From Neophaeotheca triangularis (taxonomy: Eukaryota): a DNA stretch of 64,000 nucleotides. Both the position numbers and the translations under genes were made by a program. The stretch is from contig BAAIJX010000013.1 in assembly GCA_054600435.1 (NCBI GenBank), positions 372,001 through 436,000 on the forward strand. Direction: 5' to 3'. The notes under the pieces are model-generated. The model was not told the origin of the DNA. It searched no databases and was given only the letters and a program-made list of their open reading frames with translations. Shown one piece after another: positions 11,973 through 24,405 of this stretch (the first letter of the stretch is position 1; each line of letters starts with the position of its first letter).

Positions 11973-13034
11973 ATGCGTGTTCGTGTCAGAGGACCCCAAG
12001 GCGTCGCCACAATCAACATCGAGGACTCAGCAACATGGCAAGACCTGCTGAACCAAATCGCCGAAAAGACGGGCGTATCCACCGACTTTGACCTCAAATA
12101 CGGCTACCCGCCACAGCCACTCAACACAGAAACAATCGACACAGCAACGCCCCTCTCGGCCCTTGAAACCCCTCTAGACGGCGAACAACTAATAGTAAAC
12201 CCGCGCAACATCCAAGCCGACCTCTCCAAGCCCGTCGAACCCACCCCAAACCCTCAGGCCGTAAAACCGCTCCCCGGCCAAAACCTCAACCCTCCTCAAC
12301 ACCAACCAGGCGACTTCCCCACCCAACCGCCCAACCCCTCCCCCACCCGCCAAAAACCCAACTCCCTCGAATCCGACCCCCCGGAAATCCCCGTCCCCCA
12401 ACTCGAAGGCTCCCTAACCCTGCGCATCATGCCCGACGACAACAGCTGCCTCTTCCGCGCCCTCAGCTCCGCAGTCCTCGGCAGCAGTCTAGACGGGATG
12501 ACGGAACTCCGATCCATCGTGGCGCAAACCATCCAAGCCCAGCCAGACTTCTACACGGCCGGGCTCCTGGAGAAAGAACCCTCGGACTACTGCCGCTGGA
12601 TCCAGAACGAGAACTCGTGGGGCGGCGGCATCGAATTGTCCATCCTGTCCCAGCATTTCGAGCTCGAGGTCTGTAGCATTAACGTCCAAGACGGGCGCGT
12701 GGATCGCTTCAACGAGCGCCAGCCGCGTCGCTGCGTTTTGGTGTACAGTGGTATCCATTACGATGTCTGTGCCGTGACGCCTTTTGCCGGCGCGCCGCCG
12801 GAGATGGATCGTAAGGTTTTTGACGTTCTGAGATTGGGCGAGGGCGAGGAGGTGGATGGCGGGGTTTTGGAGGCTGCTGGCTTGCTTTGTGGGAAGTTGA
12901 GGGAGCAGCATTATTTCACTGATACGGCGGGATTTGATGTTCGGTGTAATGTTTGTGGTACGGCGGGGAAGGGGCAGATGTGGGCCGTGGAGCATGCGAG
13001 AGGCACAGGGCATGGGGATTTCGGGGAGGCATAG
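11973..13034 (+). CDS. OTU1: Ubiquitin thioesterase OTU1 (UBL-OTU-C2H2)
   Basis: N-terminal MRVRVRGPQG UBL domain, catalytic MPDDNSCLF, WGGGIEL, YSGIHYD, C-terminal CNVC..HARGTGH finger. Confidence 0.93.
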   Translation: MRVRVRGPQGVATINIEDSATWQDLLNQIAEKTGVSTDFDLKYGYPPQPLNTETIDTATPLSALETPLDGEQLIVNPRNIQADLSKPVEPTPNPQAVKPLPGQNLNPPQHQPGDFPTQPPNPSPTRQKPNSLESDPPEIPVPQLEGSLTLRIMPDDNSCLFRALSSAVLGSSLDGMTELRSIVAQTIQAQPDFYTAGLLEKEPSDYCRWIQNENSWGGGIELSILSQHFELEVCSINVQDGRVDRFNERQPRRCVLVYSGIHYDVCAVTPFAGAPPEMDRKVFDVLRLGEGEEVDGGVLEAAGLLCGKLREQHYFTDTAGFDVRCNVCGTAGKGQMWAVEHARGTGHGDFGEA

Positions 13035-13391
13035 AGGTTTTGTTGATTCTGGCGAGGGGGGTTTTGAAGGAGGTGTTGAATCGTGAGGTTGTGAGATGGC
13101 CGTGTTGGGGCTCGGAATGTTTGCATGTACGCTTCGCTTGTCTGAAGCATACGGACGTGACACGTTCAACACGTAAACTGCCTAGACTTCGTGATACAAC
13201 CTTAAAGCCGAGCGGCCCAGCCGCACGGCATATGACGCCCCTTAGCTGTGCCGTTGTACCAGCACAAGAATTTCGCGCAAACACCGCACTCCATGCCATA
13301 TCCCATTATCGCCAAGCTTGAAAGCACACTTGGCAGCTCAGTTCCCTAATCCTGAGCCTCAATCCCTCGAAGCCCAATACCCAACTTATCC

Positions 13392-15526
13392 TTACTGCTG
13401 CTGTTGCTCCCGCTGCTTCTGCGCCTCCTTAGTATTACTAACCTGCCCGACCCCCTCGCTCTCCGCCCTACTCCCAGTCTTGCCCCTCAAAAACTCCTCC
13501 ACATTACGCGGATCCATCTCTTCAACCCTCGGATCTTGCTGTTTTTCTTCCTCTTCTCTTTGCTCGCGCTCCTTCCTCTCCTCCTCTTCCCTCTGCGCCG
13601 CCCCACCGTCGCCATACCCCACGGCATTCATGGCCATTCCCGGCACAGCCTTGGCAGTTTCTAGCGCCCCTCCGGCTAGACTCTTCGCTTGATCGAGGTA
13701 GCTCGGCTGCGAGGGAGCTTGCGAAGGTTCCGGGGTGTCGAAGGAAGTCGGGTGGTCTTTGGGCGCTTGGCCGATGGTACCGGGTTCGATGACGGCTTGT
13801 TTCTCTCCGCGAGCGTCGGTTCGCTGGTAGGGCGTCGTATCGGACATGGTGCCCGAGGCGTGCGTGTGGTCTTGCTGTTCGTAGCGGGAGGACGAGGTGC
13901 CTGCGCGGACGTTGGAAACGCCGGGGGCTTGCGGGCGGTCGGGCGCCGATTGTTGGGTATTGGCGGGATTGGAGGGATGGGATGGGATGGAAGTGCCGCT
14001 TGGGCGGTAGGAGCCTGGGCTGCCGGCTGCAACGGATGAGCCTGCGGCGGCAGAAACTGCAGCGTTAGGCGCGGTGTTGCTGGATGCGGATGCAGGCGCA
14101 GGTGCGGACGCGGGTGAGGTTGTGCCTTGAGCGTCATCTTGCGTCTTTGTGGTAGCGGAGTCGGCGGCGTAAGCACCGCTGGCTACGGTTGAGGGAGCAG
14201 TGCTGCCAGTCTGTGGCGTTGAGGCGGCGCCAGCATCAAAGTCATCGCTTGGGCTACGGTCGGTGACGCTTTCCGGAGGAGTCGGAGGATGTGTGGCTTG
14301 ACCAGTCGTAGTGCGCTGCAAGGCAGCGCGCTCGTTGCGGCCAGGGTTAAGAGCAAGCGTTGAAACACCCTCTTCAGGGTGCAAGCTTGCGATCACTTTG
14401 TTGCGAGGAACGCCCTTCTCTGTACCCACAGCGACGGCTACAAGGTCGCCTGCATTGTCGTACTGCCACTTGATGGGGCCTGTAGGGATGGTCTTGTGAC
14501 CTTCTTTGCCAGACTGGGGCGCCTTCCATCGGAGGTAGTTCTCGATTGACGGTTCCAGAACGGGGAGATCACCAAACTTGAAGTCCAGCTTACCGCCGTA
14601 CTTCTTCGGGATGTTGTCAGGATCAATGTACTGCTCCAGAGTCTGCTTCATGTCCGCGTTGGAGAGAATGAAGATCTTGTTCACCGTGATTGGATCGAAC
14701 CATCTCTTGATCCACCCCCAGACAGTCGGGAAGAAGCTAGGTGCGCCAATGATGAAGATACGATCAAGTGTCTCAGGGTAATGTGCCGTGGCCAGTTGAC
14801 TGGCATCCTGCATGTGCGCTTTCAGATTCCAGAACTGCTTCAAGCCGACTTTGCTAATGTCGACGATGTTGTTGGACTGGCTGATTGGTGTCTCGGTGTG
14901 CGGTCGGTCCGGGATGGCAGAACAGAGCGGCATGACGAACCTGCAAAGATTCTCGTACAAGGCAAACAAGCGCAACATCTTGACGGGCACTTTCGACTTG
15001 GTCTTCATGCCAGCTGCGCTCGTGCTGCTTGAGTAGGCCTCAATCGCTTTGCTGTTCAGGCCCGCAACCTCGTAGACGTAGACCGGAATGCCGCGTTTGT
15101 CCCTCCGACCAGTCCATTGCGGGTAGAGTCGACGAGTTTGCTCATACTCTTCAATATCGATGGTCTCGTACAGCTTGTCCAGTTCGTTCTCCTTGCGCCA
15201 GTCCTCCGTCTCCTTGAATTGGGCAAATGCTTCTTGAGGGTTGAACTTCCTGGCGCGTAGGTAGCGAAGGAGCGTCTCGTCATCGTGAGAGGCTGGCGTC
15301 TTGCCTGAAGCGGGGATGTAGTATCCCTTGCTCGAGGATAAATCTTTGAACTTTGTGAGTGCGCCTTGCTGACCTTCTGTGAGGTGACCGATGTGGGCGG
15401 CCGGGAACTAATGGGGTCAATTGGGATTCTGTGGTGCTGGAGTTCCAACAGGAACTGATTGCTTACCTGAAACGACTCTGTCCGCTCCAAGTCGGAGCCG
15501 TTTGGCGGTTGGAGTGATGCTGACAT
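13392..15526 (-). CDS. Sec14/CRAL-TRIO lipid-binding protein with long disordered C-terminal tail
   Basis: Intron 15408-15466. DDETLLRYLRARKF (CRAL-TRIO N), HYPETLDRIFIIGAPSFF, IPKKYGG. Confidence 0.88.
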
Positions 15527-16620
15527 GGCAGCTTGGTGGTGTACGAGAGACTTCCAAGGTTGGTTGGTATTCAGGGTGGATTGTAGTCTCTGGCGGGATT
15601 ATATCGGCGAGAGCTGTGGCAGATGGAGAGGAAGGGAAGGGAAGAGGAATGAACCTGTGATGGAGAGAAGCTGTGATGGAAGGAAAAGGAGGAGAAGGTA
15701 AGGCAAGTCAAGGCCGAGGAGTCTGACTTTGTTTTGTCAGGTAAGGTAGGTAAGGTAAGGTAGGTGCCCTCCAACGTTACCTCATCGCCAAGGATGGATG
15801 GATGTGATCGGATAGCGGGTAGAAAGTAGATCCGTCACCGAACCAACCTTAGGTACCTCACGGCGTTTGGGCGCATTTCTTCTTACGGACGGGAGGTACC
15901 GGGTTCGTGTCATTATTCTATATCTACTTTACCTACGTATTCTCCCGTCAGTGTCCAGTGATGAAGGACGCCCCGGTGACCGGTGACCGGCATTTTGCTT
16001 GACCGCCGTACCGTGTTGTGGCGTTGGCATTGTTATTATTACTGTTTTGCACAAGATCCATCATGAACACAAAAGACGTCCTTGATCAGGTCGCGATCTA
16101 TCTATCAAACCCCACTTATACACTTATACTTAAGGTAGGTTACCTTAGTCGTGCTGACTGATATCGTTATCAGCCCTGCCCGTAGCCCAAGCCTCTAGTG
16201 GGACAACTTAAAAAGAGCACCTGCACCCTTTACTTCCTACGAGAAGAGAGGGCAATTTGTTAATAATTCAGACCGTCATCGGTATGTACATACTTATGTA
16301 CTGCACTGAACGACTGTGATCCCGAGCGTGCTGTGGATGCAAGGCCACCGGCATCAGTGACTTTGTTCTAGTCGTTATGTAGGTGGATATTGAGTACAGG
16401 ACTTCGCTAAATCCGAGATCCGACCTAAACCTACCTAAGCCTCAAAGTCGCATCCCGTCTTCGGTGACGGCATTGTTGCTCTCACTTGGGAGCTGGAGTG
16501 AGGTGCTTCACGCCGCCACTCCATTTGACTTCACCCCTCCATCTCTTCATATCAAACCTTTGGCTAGTCCGCATCGCCAACAAACGACATTACCTATTTC
16601 GAAACCGACCTGTTACCAAC

Positions 16621-18451
16621 ATGGACATACCCCGCATTTTGACCCTACCAGATGAGCTCCTAGAGTCCATCGTCTACTACCTTGGCCCGGAGGAAACTGT
16701 CGCGTGCGGGCTTACGTGCAGACAATTGAACAAGATCACGCATGAACCCTTGGTATGGCGCCGTCACTGTCGACAAACCTGGCGATTTTGGAAAGAGGGG
16801 CAAGATTTCGAAGAGCGCTTGAAGCGACCCCCGGTGCAGACTAAATGGCAGCAGCTATTTAATCAGCGGACAGCCTTGGATCAAGAAAATGCGAGGCTGT
16901 TTGATACCATGTTGCAGGAGCAGAGCAAGCGTGTGGAGAGGATGGATCGATTGGCACAGGATAGCTATGATGCGAAAGACTTGCTGCTGCGCTTGAGAGA
17001 TACTACGCCGGATGATGCTGAGGATGTTTTGGCGAGGCGGTATCATGCTGCCGCTGTGCTTGGGATGATTCACAGGCGAATAGCTCTGGACAAGTGGAAG
17101 AGACTGCAGCAACAGCAAATGATCGGCTTGGAGGAAGTGCTGGGTTCGTTCGATCTGTTCGTACTGAACGGCACGCAAGGGGACCTCACAGACATCGCGA
17201 AAGAGCTTGATAGACTGGCCAACGCCATACGAGCTCGGGACCCGGACTTTGACGATCTATCGGTACGCAGAAAGGCTTGTCAGATCACAAAGTACTTGCG
17301 AGCAGAGCATCTTGTCGGCAACCCAGACACGGATAACTACCATGCGTTGCGCAACAACTTCCTCAGCATGGCGCTTTTCGACGAGCCCCACACATCGCTT
17401 CCTCTCCAATCTGCCGCAATCTACTGCGCCGTCGCACGCCGCCTAGGCGTCAACGCCAAACCCTCCAACTTCCCAATGCACGTCCATGTAGTCATCGAAG
17501 CCCCGACTCACGAAACCCTCGACGGCCGCGCAAAAGGCGCGCCCCTCCCAGGCGTCGAGCAAGAGGCCGAGCTTATGCACGTCGACCCCTGGCGCTCTTC
17601 GGAAGAAATCTCCCGCTCTGAGCTTACCCTGCGCCTCAGTCAAATGGGCGCCCCTGCTGCCCAACACGCTCACCATCTCGGCGCAACCTCGACTCTGGAG
17701 ATTGCAAATCGTACCGGCCGCAATATCATGAACTCCGTCCAGCATGTACGCGACCGCTACAGGGGGAACCCCGATATACCTTCTCATCCCGATGTCGAGG
17801 GCGCCTGGTACGCTATGCTCTGGAGCATGGTACTCCTCGGCCAGCCAACGCAAGCAGGAACGATGCACACTCGCCGACAGTGCCTGCCATACCTTATTGA
17901 ACACTGGCAGACGCACTTTCCCGAGGACCTTGGCCTGATCCGCGACGTACTAGCGCCCATGTTCCAAGGCGAGGGCGAGCAAGACGCCTTTGGCCGTATC
18001 ATAGAAACAGCGCACGCGGCCGATCGCAACAAACCCGCGCCCTCGCCACGAACCGCTGCGGCGCAAGGAGTGTCTTTCAAGATTGGGCATTACTTTAGAC
18101 ACAGGCGGTATCAGTACGAGGGCGTCATCGTGGGCTGGGACGTCAGGTGCGGCGCAGAGCCTAGATGGATTCAGCAGATGCGGGTCGATGACTTGCCTAA
18201 GGGGCGGGAGCAGCCGTTCTACAATGTCGTGTAAGTAAACGCTTTTGCGCGTTCGAGATTGCCATGCTAACATGTTGGTGATTAGGGCCAATGACCGCTC
18301 CTCTAGGTACGTGGCGCAAGAGAATATCGAGTTGTTGGACACCTACCCCGCCGATACGATTATGCGGATGGCGGGGAAGCATTTTAAGCGTTATGACCAG
18401 GAGAAGAAGATGTTTGTGAGTAATATCAAGGACGAGTATCCGGATGATTGA
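16621..18451 (+). CDS. F-box protein with transglutaminase-like and YccV (hemimethylated-DNA-binding-like) domains, FBXO21-like
   Basis: F-box ILTLPDELLESIVYYL; AIYCAVARRLG..NFPMHV; FKIGHYFRHRRYQYEGVIVGWD..QPFYNV..RYVAQENI. Intron 18231-18285. Confidence 0.85.
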
Positions 18452-18827
18452 GAGGTTTCATGGAGGCGTTGTAGGATGGTGATGAATCGGTGCGACGAGA
18501 TACCAGGTTGACGGCTTAGTACTACTACCTTCATGTGAATTTCAATAACGAGATCAGCTTTGCAGCCCAGCACCGAGGCCGCCGAGCCTTTATACTACTA
18601 GCTATATGCGTTCAATCTATCATAACACACCTTTGATAGGAGTATTTGATATTCATCCGCGAATGTAGTCGAGCGGTGTGCACATTCTGCCGAATCTGGG
18701 CTTGGCACTCAGCTCACCTCTCCGTCGCCAGTCGCGTCTCCCAGCGACCTCATCCCTCTGCAAGCTTCACTTTCTTTGCGCCTGGCGCACTCTCTGCCCA
18801 CACACGCACACACCCGCCGTCGCAACC

Positions 18828-21458
18828 ATGCCACCCAAACGGGACCCAAGCAGCGCGACGCCCATGGCGAGCACCGAGAAATCCGACGGCTCGCACCTTC
18901 CCGCAGGCGAGTGGGAAGCGATGCAACGCGTTCTCAACGCCATCTACGAGTACCGCACGCCGGACGAACTCAACCCTTCCAAGCTCTTCCACAAGCAAGT
19001 CAACAGCCGGCACTTCCCCGACTACTACCAGACGGTGCAGACGCCCATGGCCATGTCCATCATCAAGCTCAAAATCAAGAATCACGAGTACAAGTCTCTG
19101 GACGAGTTTGTGCGCGATTTCGCGCTCATTCCGCATAACGCGTTTTTGTACAATACGCCGAGCGCGGGCGCCTATCAGGATGCGATTATTTTCAAGGAGA
19201 GATTGGAGGGGGAGTTGCAGGCGCTTGTTGCTGAGGGCGTTATGAAGCCCGAGACTGCCATTTTGCCCGATTTGGGCGAGATTCCGACGTATACTGCTCC
19301 TGAGGGGGAAATGGATGGAGAGGGTGAGGAGGGAGAAGAGGAGAGCGATGAGGATGCTGAGGGGGAGGAGGATGATGAGGATGAGGACGAAGGGGGTGCC
19401 GGAAGGAAGAGGAAGAGGGGCAGGCCTCCCTTGGGCAGAGGGAAGAGTGGGGGTGAGGATGCTGAGGCTAGGAAGAGGAGGGGTAGGCCACCGAAGTTGC
19501 TGACGCCGACCGAGGCGAGGATTCAGGGAGTCTTGAAGGGGATTCGCAAGCCTAGGAACAAGGAAGGTGTTCTCGCCATCAAAGCTTTCGACAAACTTCC
19601 CGAGAAGTCGCAGTTTCCAGACTATTATCAGGAAGTCAAGAACCCGATGGCGTATGATTTGCTCAAGCGTAAGGTCAAGCGGAAGAAGTACGCGACGTTT
19701 GAGCAGTTCATGCAAGATGTGAACCTGATGTTTACGAACGCCAAGAGCTACAATACTGACGACTCGCAAATCTTCAAGGATGCTGTGGCGTTGCAGATCG
19801 AGGCTGGCAAGCTATACGACGCAGAGAAGGCCAAACCGGACGAGTCGTTTGCCGACGAGGAAGGCAAGCTTCCCATGCCGAATGGCGTCTTCCACAACGG
19901 CGAAAACTACAAGGTCGGTGACTGGGTGCATATCCGCAACCCCAATGACCTCACGAAACCTGTCCCTGCGCAGATTTACCGCACTTTTAAAAACCCAAAG
20001 GGTGAGGCCATGGTCAACGTTTGCTGGTACTATCGTCCAGAGCAGACAGTCCATCGCTTTGACAAGCACTTCTTCCCAAATGAAGTTGTCAAAACTGGGA
20101 GGTATAGGGATCACAACATAGAGGAGGTCGAGGCCAAGTGCTTCGTCATGTTTTACACCCGCTATTTCAAGGGTCGGCCAAGAAACTTGCCGTCAGGCAT
20201 TGATCTGTACGTCTGTGCCGCGCGCTACAATGAGGTGCTTCACCAATTCAACGTCATCAAGACCTGGGCAAGCTGCCAGCCTGACGAGATCAGAGATCAA
20301 GACTACGAGATGGATCTTTTCCAGCAACCACAGAAGATGAGGAAGGTACAATCCCCTATTGCCTACATGCTTCGTGACGATCAAAAGGAGACGGACGAGT
20401 TGCCAAAGGTTCAGTGGGGTGCTGAGGGTGCGCCGCCGAAAATAGGGGCCGTGCACCGAAAGCCACGAGGTGAAAAAGACTCCCCGCCACCTGAGCCCAC
20501 CCCTCCACCTCCACCGAAGATGCCAACTCCTCCGCCCAGACAGCTGCAAAGCATCCAGTCCAACAACAACTACAACACTCCATCCATCTCACAGCAGCAG
20601 TCTGCTCGTCAACCAATCATGCAGCAACAAGCCTACACTGCGCCCCGACCAACGACGACCAACTACCCCTCCGCCTCACCCGCTCCCCAACGCCCCCCAA
20701 GCGCGACACACCAACACCCCTCCTACAATCTCCCACAAACCCCACAAACCGCTCCTCAACCACCACCCACTCGGCCGCAACTCGCCAGCAACCCCTCATC
20801 CACCTACGGCCACCAATCCCAGGCCCAACCAACCGCCACCCCAGCCCTCCCACCAAACCCCGCCAACTACCCCCCACCCCGCGCGCCAACAGCCTCTTAC
20901 CGCGATCCGCCTCAAATCGAAGTCTACACCCTCCCCGATCAAGCCAATCTCTCCATCCCCCCAGAAATTCGCGACCAATACCAGCGCGACGCCGCCGGCC
21001 GCGTCCTCTTCTTCACCGCCCCCCCAACCGTCGTCGAAGACACTCCTGGCAAAGTCACAGGCCATTCGGTCAGGTACCTAGCCGCAAAAGCGCGCCGCGC
21101 AGAGCTGCTAGCGCAGAAACGCAAAGAGCGCGACGAAACGCTGCCGGACGAGCAAGAAGCCGCCAAGAAGATCAAACTCGCTGAGGAGACTGCTGCGACT
21201 CAAGCGAGGGTTGAGGCGCTGAAGGCTAGGGCGTTGAAGACTTTTGAGGAGCAGATGGCTGTTAGCGCCGCGGGGACTTTGAGCGAGCGGGATTTGGAGG
21301 TTTTGGAGGCTAGGCAGAAGGCTGTGAGGGAGCGGCAGGCGGCTGTGGAGGTTAAGATGAAGGAGAGGAGGGAGAGGAGGGAGGTTAAGCTCGGACCTGG
21401 GAGGTTGGGATTTGGGGAGGGGAGTTTTGCTGATGAGGAGGGGGGGAGGGGGCTTTGA
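18828..21458 (+). CDS. RSC1: RSC chromatin-remodelling subunit Rsc1/Rsc2 (two bromodomains, AT-hooks, BAH)
   Basis: Two bromodomains (FPDYYQ..), RGRPP AT-hooks, BAH YKVGDWVHIRNPND..CWYYRPEQTVH. Confidence 0.9.
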   Translation: MPPKRDPSSATPMASTEKSDGSHLPAGEWEAMQRVLNAIYEYRTPDELNPSKLFHKQVNSRHFPDYYQTVQTPMAMSIIKLKIKNHEYKSLDEFVRDFALIPHNAFLYNTPSAGAYQDAIIFKERLEGELQALVAEGVMKPETAILPDLGEIPTYTAPEGEMDGEGEEGEEESDEDAEGEEDDEDEDEGGAGRKRKRGRPPLGRGKSGGEDAEARKRRGRPPKLLTPTEARIQGVLKGIRKPRNKEGVLAIKAFDKLPEKSQFPDYYQEVKNPMAYDLLKRKVKRKKYATFEQFMQDVNLMFTNAKSYNTDDSQIFKDAVALQIEAGKLYDAEKAKPDESFADEEGKLPMPNGVFHNGENYKVGDWVHIRNPNDLTKPVPAQIYRTFKNPKGEAMVNVCWYYRPEQTVHRFDKHFFPNEVVKTGRYRDHNIEEVEAKCFVMFYTRYFKGRPRNLPSGIDLYVCAARYNEVLHQFNVIKTWASCQPDEIRDQDYEMDLFQQPQKMRKVQSPIAYMLRDDQKETDELPKVQWGAEGAPPKIGAVHRKPRGEKDSPPPEPTPPPPPKMPTPPPRQLQSIQSNNNYNTPSISQQQSARQPIMQQQAYTAPRPTTTNYPSASPAPQRPPSATHQHPSYNLPQTPQTAPQPPPTRPQLASNPSSTYGHQSQAQPTATPALPPNPANYPPPRAPTASYRDPPQIEVYTLPDQANLSIPPEIRDQYQRDAAGRVLFFTAPPTVVEDTPGKVTGHSVRYLAAKARRAELLAQKRKERDETLPDEQEAAKKIKLAEETAATQARVEALKARALKTFEEQMAVSAAGTLSERDLEVLEARQKAVRERQAAVEVKMKERRERREVKLGPGRLGFGEGSFADEEGGRGL

Positions 21459-22793
21459 GTTGCTGGGTGATAGGCGTGTTGATGAGTCTGAAATAAGAAG
21501 GGAAGTGGAGATGAGGATGCTCGTTTTTTGCGAGGGTAAGATGGTAACGTTTCGAGGATGCTGTGTGAGAAGCTTTCGCGCTGGTGGGGCGGAAAAGAAT
21601 GGGTGTGGAGATGAAAGTGCGTGTTTCCTGCGCTGGGAAATGGCTGGTGGCGAGCGAGGCTAAGTTGCTTTGATGATATCCATTAGCTTCCGAAAAATTG
21701 TACTAGCAGTATCGAAATAACTACGAATCCGAATCCCAAGCACTGATAGTATCTGTCGAGGCGTGGGCGTCAAACGACAACTAATGAGACGTGTATTGTG
21801 GAGCGTCCATGGAGGCCCTGTCTGTGTAGAGACCGCCAACCAGCAACACCATTTGCCTTCATCTGACCATACTGCTTCCCAATCCAAGACCCATTGTCCT
21901 ACCATTCCCCTTCCCCCGCTCCGCCTTCTCCATCCTGACTTCGAGAGCTTTTGGCTAGGGCTGCAAGGCTTGCGGACAACTTTCTTCGTCTTTCTTAGTC
22001 CTGTCCATCTCCCTGGTTAGTCCGATCGCCGACCCCATTGTCCTTTCGTAGCCGATCGTTGCAGACAACCTGTTCCCCTTTCCGCTGATGTCTCGAAGCT
22101 TCTCATCATGCGTTGGCAGGCTTACCACCAGCCTGTCATCTAGAGGGCTCTTCCAGCCCCTTTTGCTCTGATCGTTGCGATTCCCCTGAGCAAAGACTGT
22201 CGTTGTCAATCTCCATTCTTGCGTAACTACCGGATAACAATAGTGGCTTCCGGTAGCGAGAGGCGTCTGGGTAATACCGTCGCAACGACTACTAGAATCG
22301 TTCAATATACATATATATATACATATACATACGTTGATCAGCGACCGTCTCTGCAACATCCTCTTCTCTCCCAGACAAGCACCACAACTTCTCTCTTCTT
22401 ATGCTTCCACTCCTCTATTACCACTTCCCGCACAGTATATACCGATTGTTCCCGCTAGTAAATAGCTGCTTCACGAGACCTTTCCCCTGAGTGAAATTTT
22501 GCCCACCAAGCTTCAGCCAATTCACTGGCATTCACGTCGACGACGGCAGCTCCCGTCGCTAGAGGCTATATAGTTGTTTGCCTGGCTGCCACTGACCTTC
22601 GACTTCCGAGTTCTCTTTCCTCGTCATCGACAACACAAACTCTCTTGCTTTGGAAGACTTCGCCCTTTTCCACGTTCACCCATATCTACGGACAACACCC
22701 ACGGCGTTTTCACACCATCTCGCACCTTTCTACGACACTCACAACTCTCTCTATCTCTTTCCTCTTTTTCATCCCCCTTCGAAAACTCCCGGA

Positions 22794-24203
22794 ATGTCTG
22801 CGCCCTCCAGCAACGGGAACGACTTCACGGAAATCGCACCAACCAACGCGGGGGCGATCGACGACGACGACCATGTGAGCATGGTGAGCGACGACCTTCA
22901 CACGATCGGCGAGGAGACGGAGGGAAACCAACGTCAGAAGCGCCGTCGCGAAGATGACCATACGGAGGAGGCACCACCAGCAACCCGTCGTCGGGTCGAA
23001 GGAAGCTCCACAGTCCGAGACGCTTTCTTGCCAGGCGGACCACTCGCCTCCGGCCCTTCGATCGATCCTTCGGCTCTACAGTACCCACCCCTCCCTGGCG
23101 CACAATTGCCACCATTACAATTGCCGCCGACCCTCCCGCCACGACGACGCGCAGCTCCTCCTCCACGACGTCCCTCGTCACCGCTGGATCTACCATCATT
23201 TGCGCATCCCTCGGCTACAGCGCGCATGCTAGCTCCGACGGGTGTGGTGCAATCGACTCCACAGGGCCGATACGACCAGCCGACGATGAGCAGTTCTGCT
23301 CCGAGGCATCCGACCCCTGAAAAAGCACCGCCGGCATTCGTAACACCAGCTACTCACGCTCGTGCCTCTGCGTCTGGCCCTTCTTCTCTACAGCAATCAC
23401 CCCAGGGTTACGCGATGATGAGTGGGGCCCTCCCTTCCAGCACCATCCATACGGGCTCGGTTGCGCAACCCCCGCCGCTTTCAACAGAAATGCCAGCGGT
23501 CACGGCGCCAGATCTTCACGCTGGTGCTGGCGCTGCTTCAACCGGTGGAGCGACGGTAGCTCTACCACCGGAACCTCGGCCGGAGTCTGCTTCTCGCCCC
23601 TCTGCCGCTGAGACTGCGCGACCGCTCCCCTCACTCGCCGCTGGGGCGCCTGTTTCCGGCTCGATAGCTGCTGCGGGGGTCTTGGCCCCATACAATCCTG
23701 CTGGTCCGGCGAGCTATCCCCAACGGGCAACGACGGCTGTGCCTGCTGGCCCTGCGTCAACGATGGGCGGATTCACAGCTACTGGTCCATCTGCCCCATC
23801 AGCCGCTCCCGCTCCTCCGCCATCGGCTGCTGTTGGCCCCGCTGCTGGCTCCGCGCCTGCGCCTGCTGCTGGGCCAGGGACAATGGGCCCGCAAACCCTG
23901 CAGCTCCCTCCCCCATCAGCTGACCAGCTAGCCGCACGAAGCCAGCCCGTGCCAGCCTGGGTCCAAAACGTGCGAAGAGCGATGCTGGACCTGCCGGTGG
24001 GCAGCAACGATTACCCGCTCCGCGCATACATCGAGCGGGACCCCATCTTGCGCCCGCACTTCCTCAGAGCGAGGGGTACAGTCAAGAGAACCTCGGAGCT
24101 GCGCCGTTGGATCGGGGACACGAGGGTCTTCACAACGGGGATGTGGTACCATTTGACGCAGCAGGGGAGGTACAACGGGAACAATCTTGGGCCGGCGAGG
24201 TGA
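22794..24203 (+). CDS. Pro/Ala-rich orphan protein (3' end may be spliced)
   Basis: ~470-codon open frame from MSAPSSNG, with an NLS-like QKRRRE, a low-complexity body and a more globular C-terminal ~80 aa. No recognisable family. Confidence 0.6.
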   Translation: MSAPSSNGNDFTEIAPTNAGAIDDDDHVSMVSDDLHTIGEETEGNQRQKRRREDDHTEEAPPATRRRVEGSSTVRDAFLPGGPLASGPSIDPSALQYPPLPGAQLPPLQLPPTLPPRRRAAPPPRRPSSPLDLPSFAHPSATARMLAPTGVVQSTPQGRYDQPTMSSSAPRHPTPEKAPPAFVTPATHARASASGPSSLQQSPQGYAMMSGALPSSTIHTGSVAQPPPLSTEMPAVTAPDLHAGAGAASTGGATVALPPEPRPESASRPSAAETARPLPSLAAGAPVSGSIAAAGVLAPYNPAGPASYPQRATTAVPAGPASTMGGFTATGPSAPSAAPAPPPSAAVGPAAGSAPAPAAGPGTMGPQTLQLPPPSADQLAARSQPVPAWVQNVRRAMLDLPVGSNDYPLRAYIERDPILRPHFLRARGTVKRTSELRRWIGDTRVFTTGMWYHLTQQGRYNGNNLGPAR

Positions 24204-24405
24204 GGTGGGATGGCGCACATCTACGTGCATGTCCAGTACGATGCGGCCGGCCGTGTCTCCGACTTGGTTTCTAGCGAATTGGTCTCACTCCCCTAAAGCT
24301 TCTTGTTCATCTCACATACCTCTCTGATTCCTTTCTCATACGTATCTCGTTCTTATCAACTGCCTCTCCATAGCACACATCTCATACGTATCGAAAACGT
24401 ACACC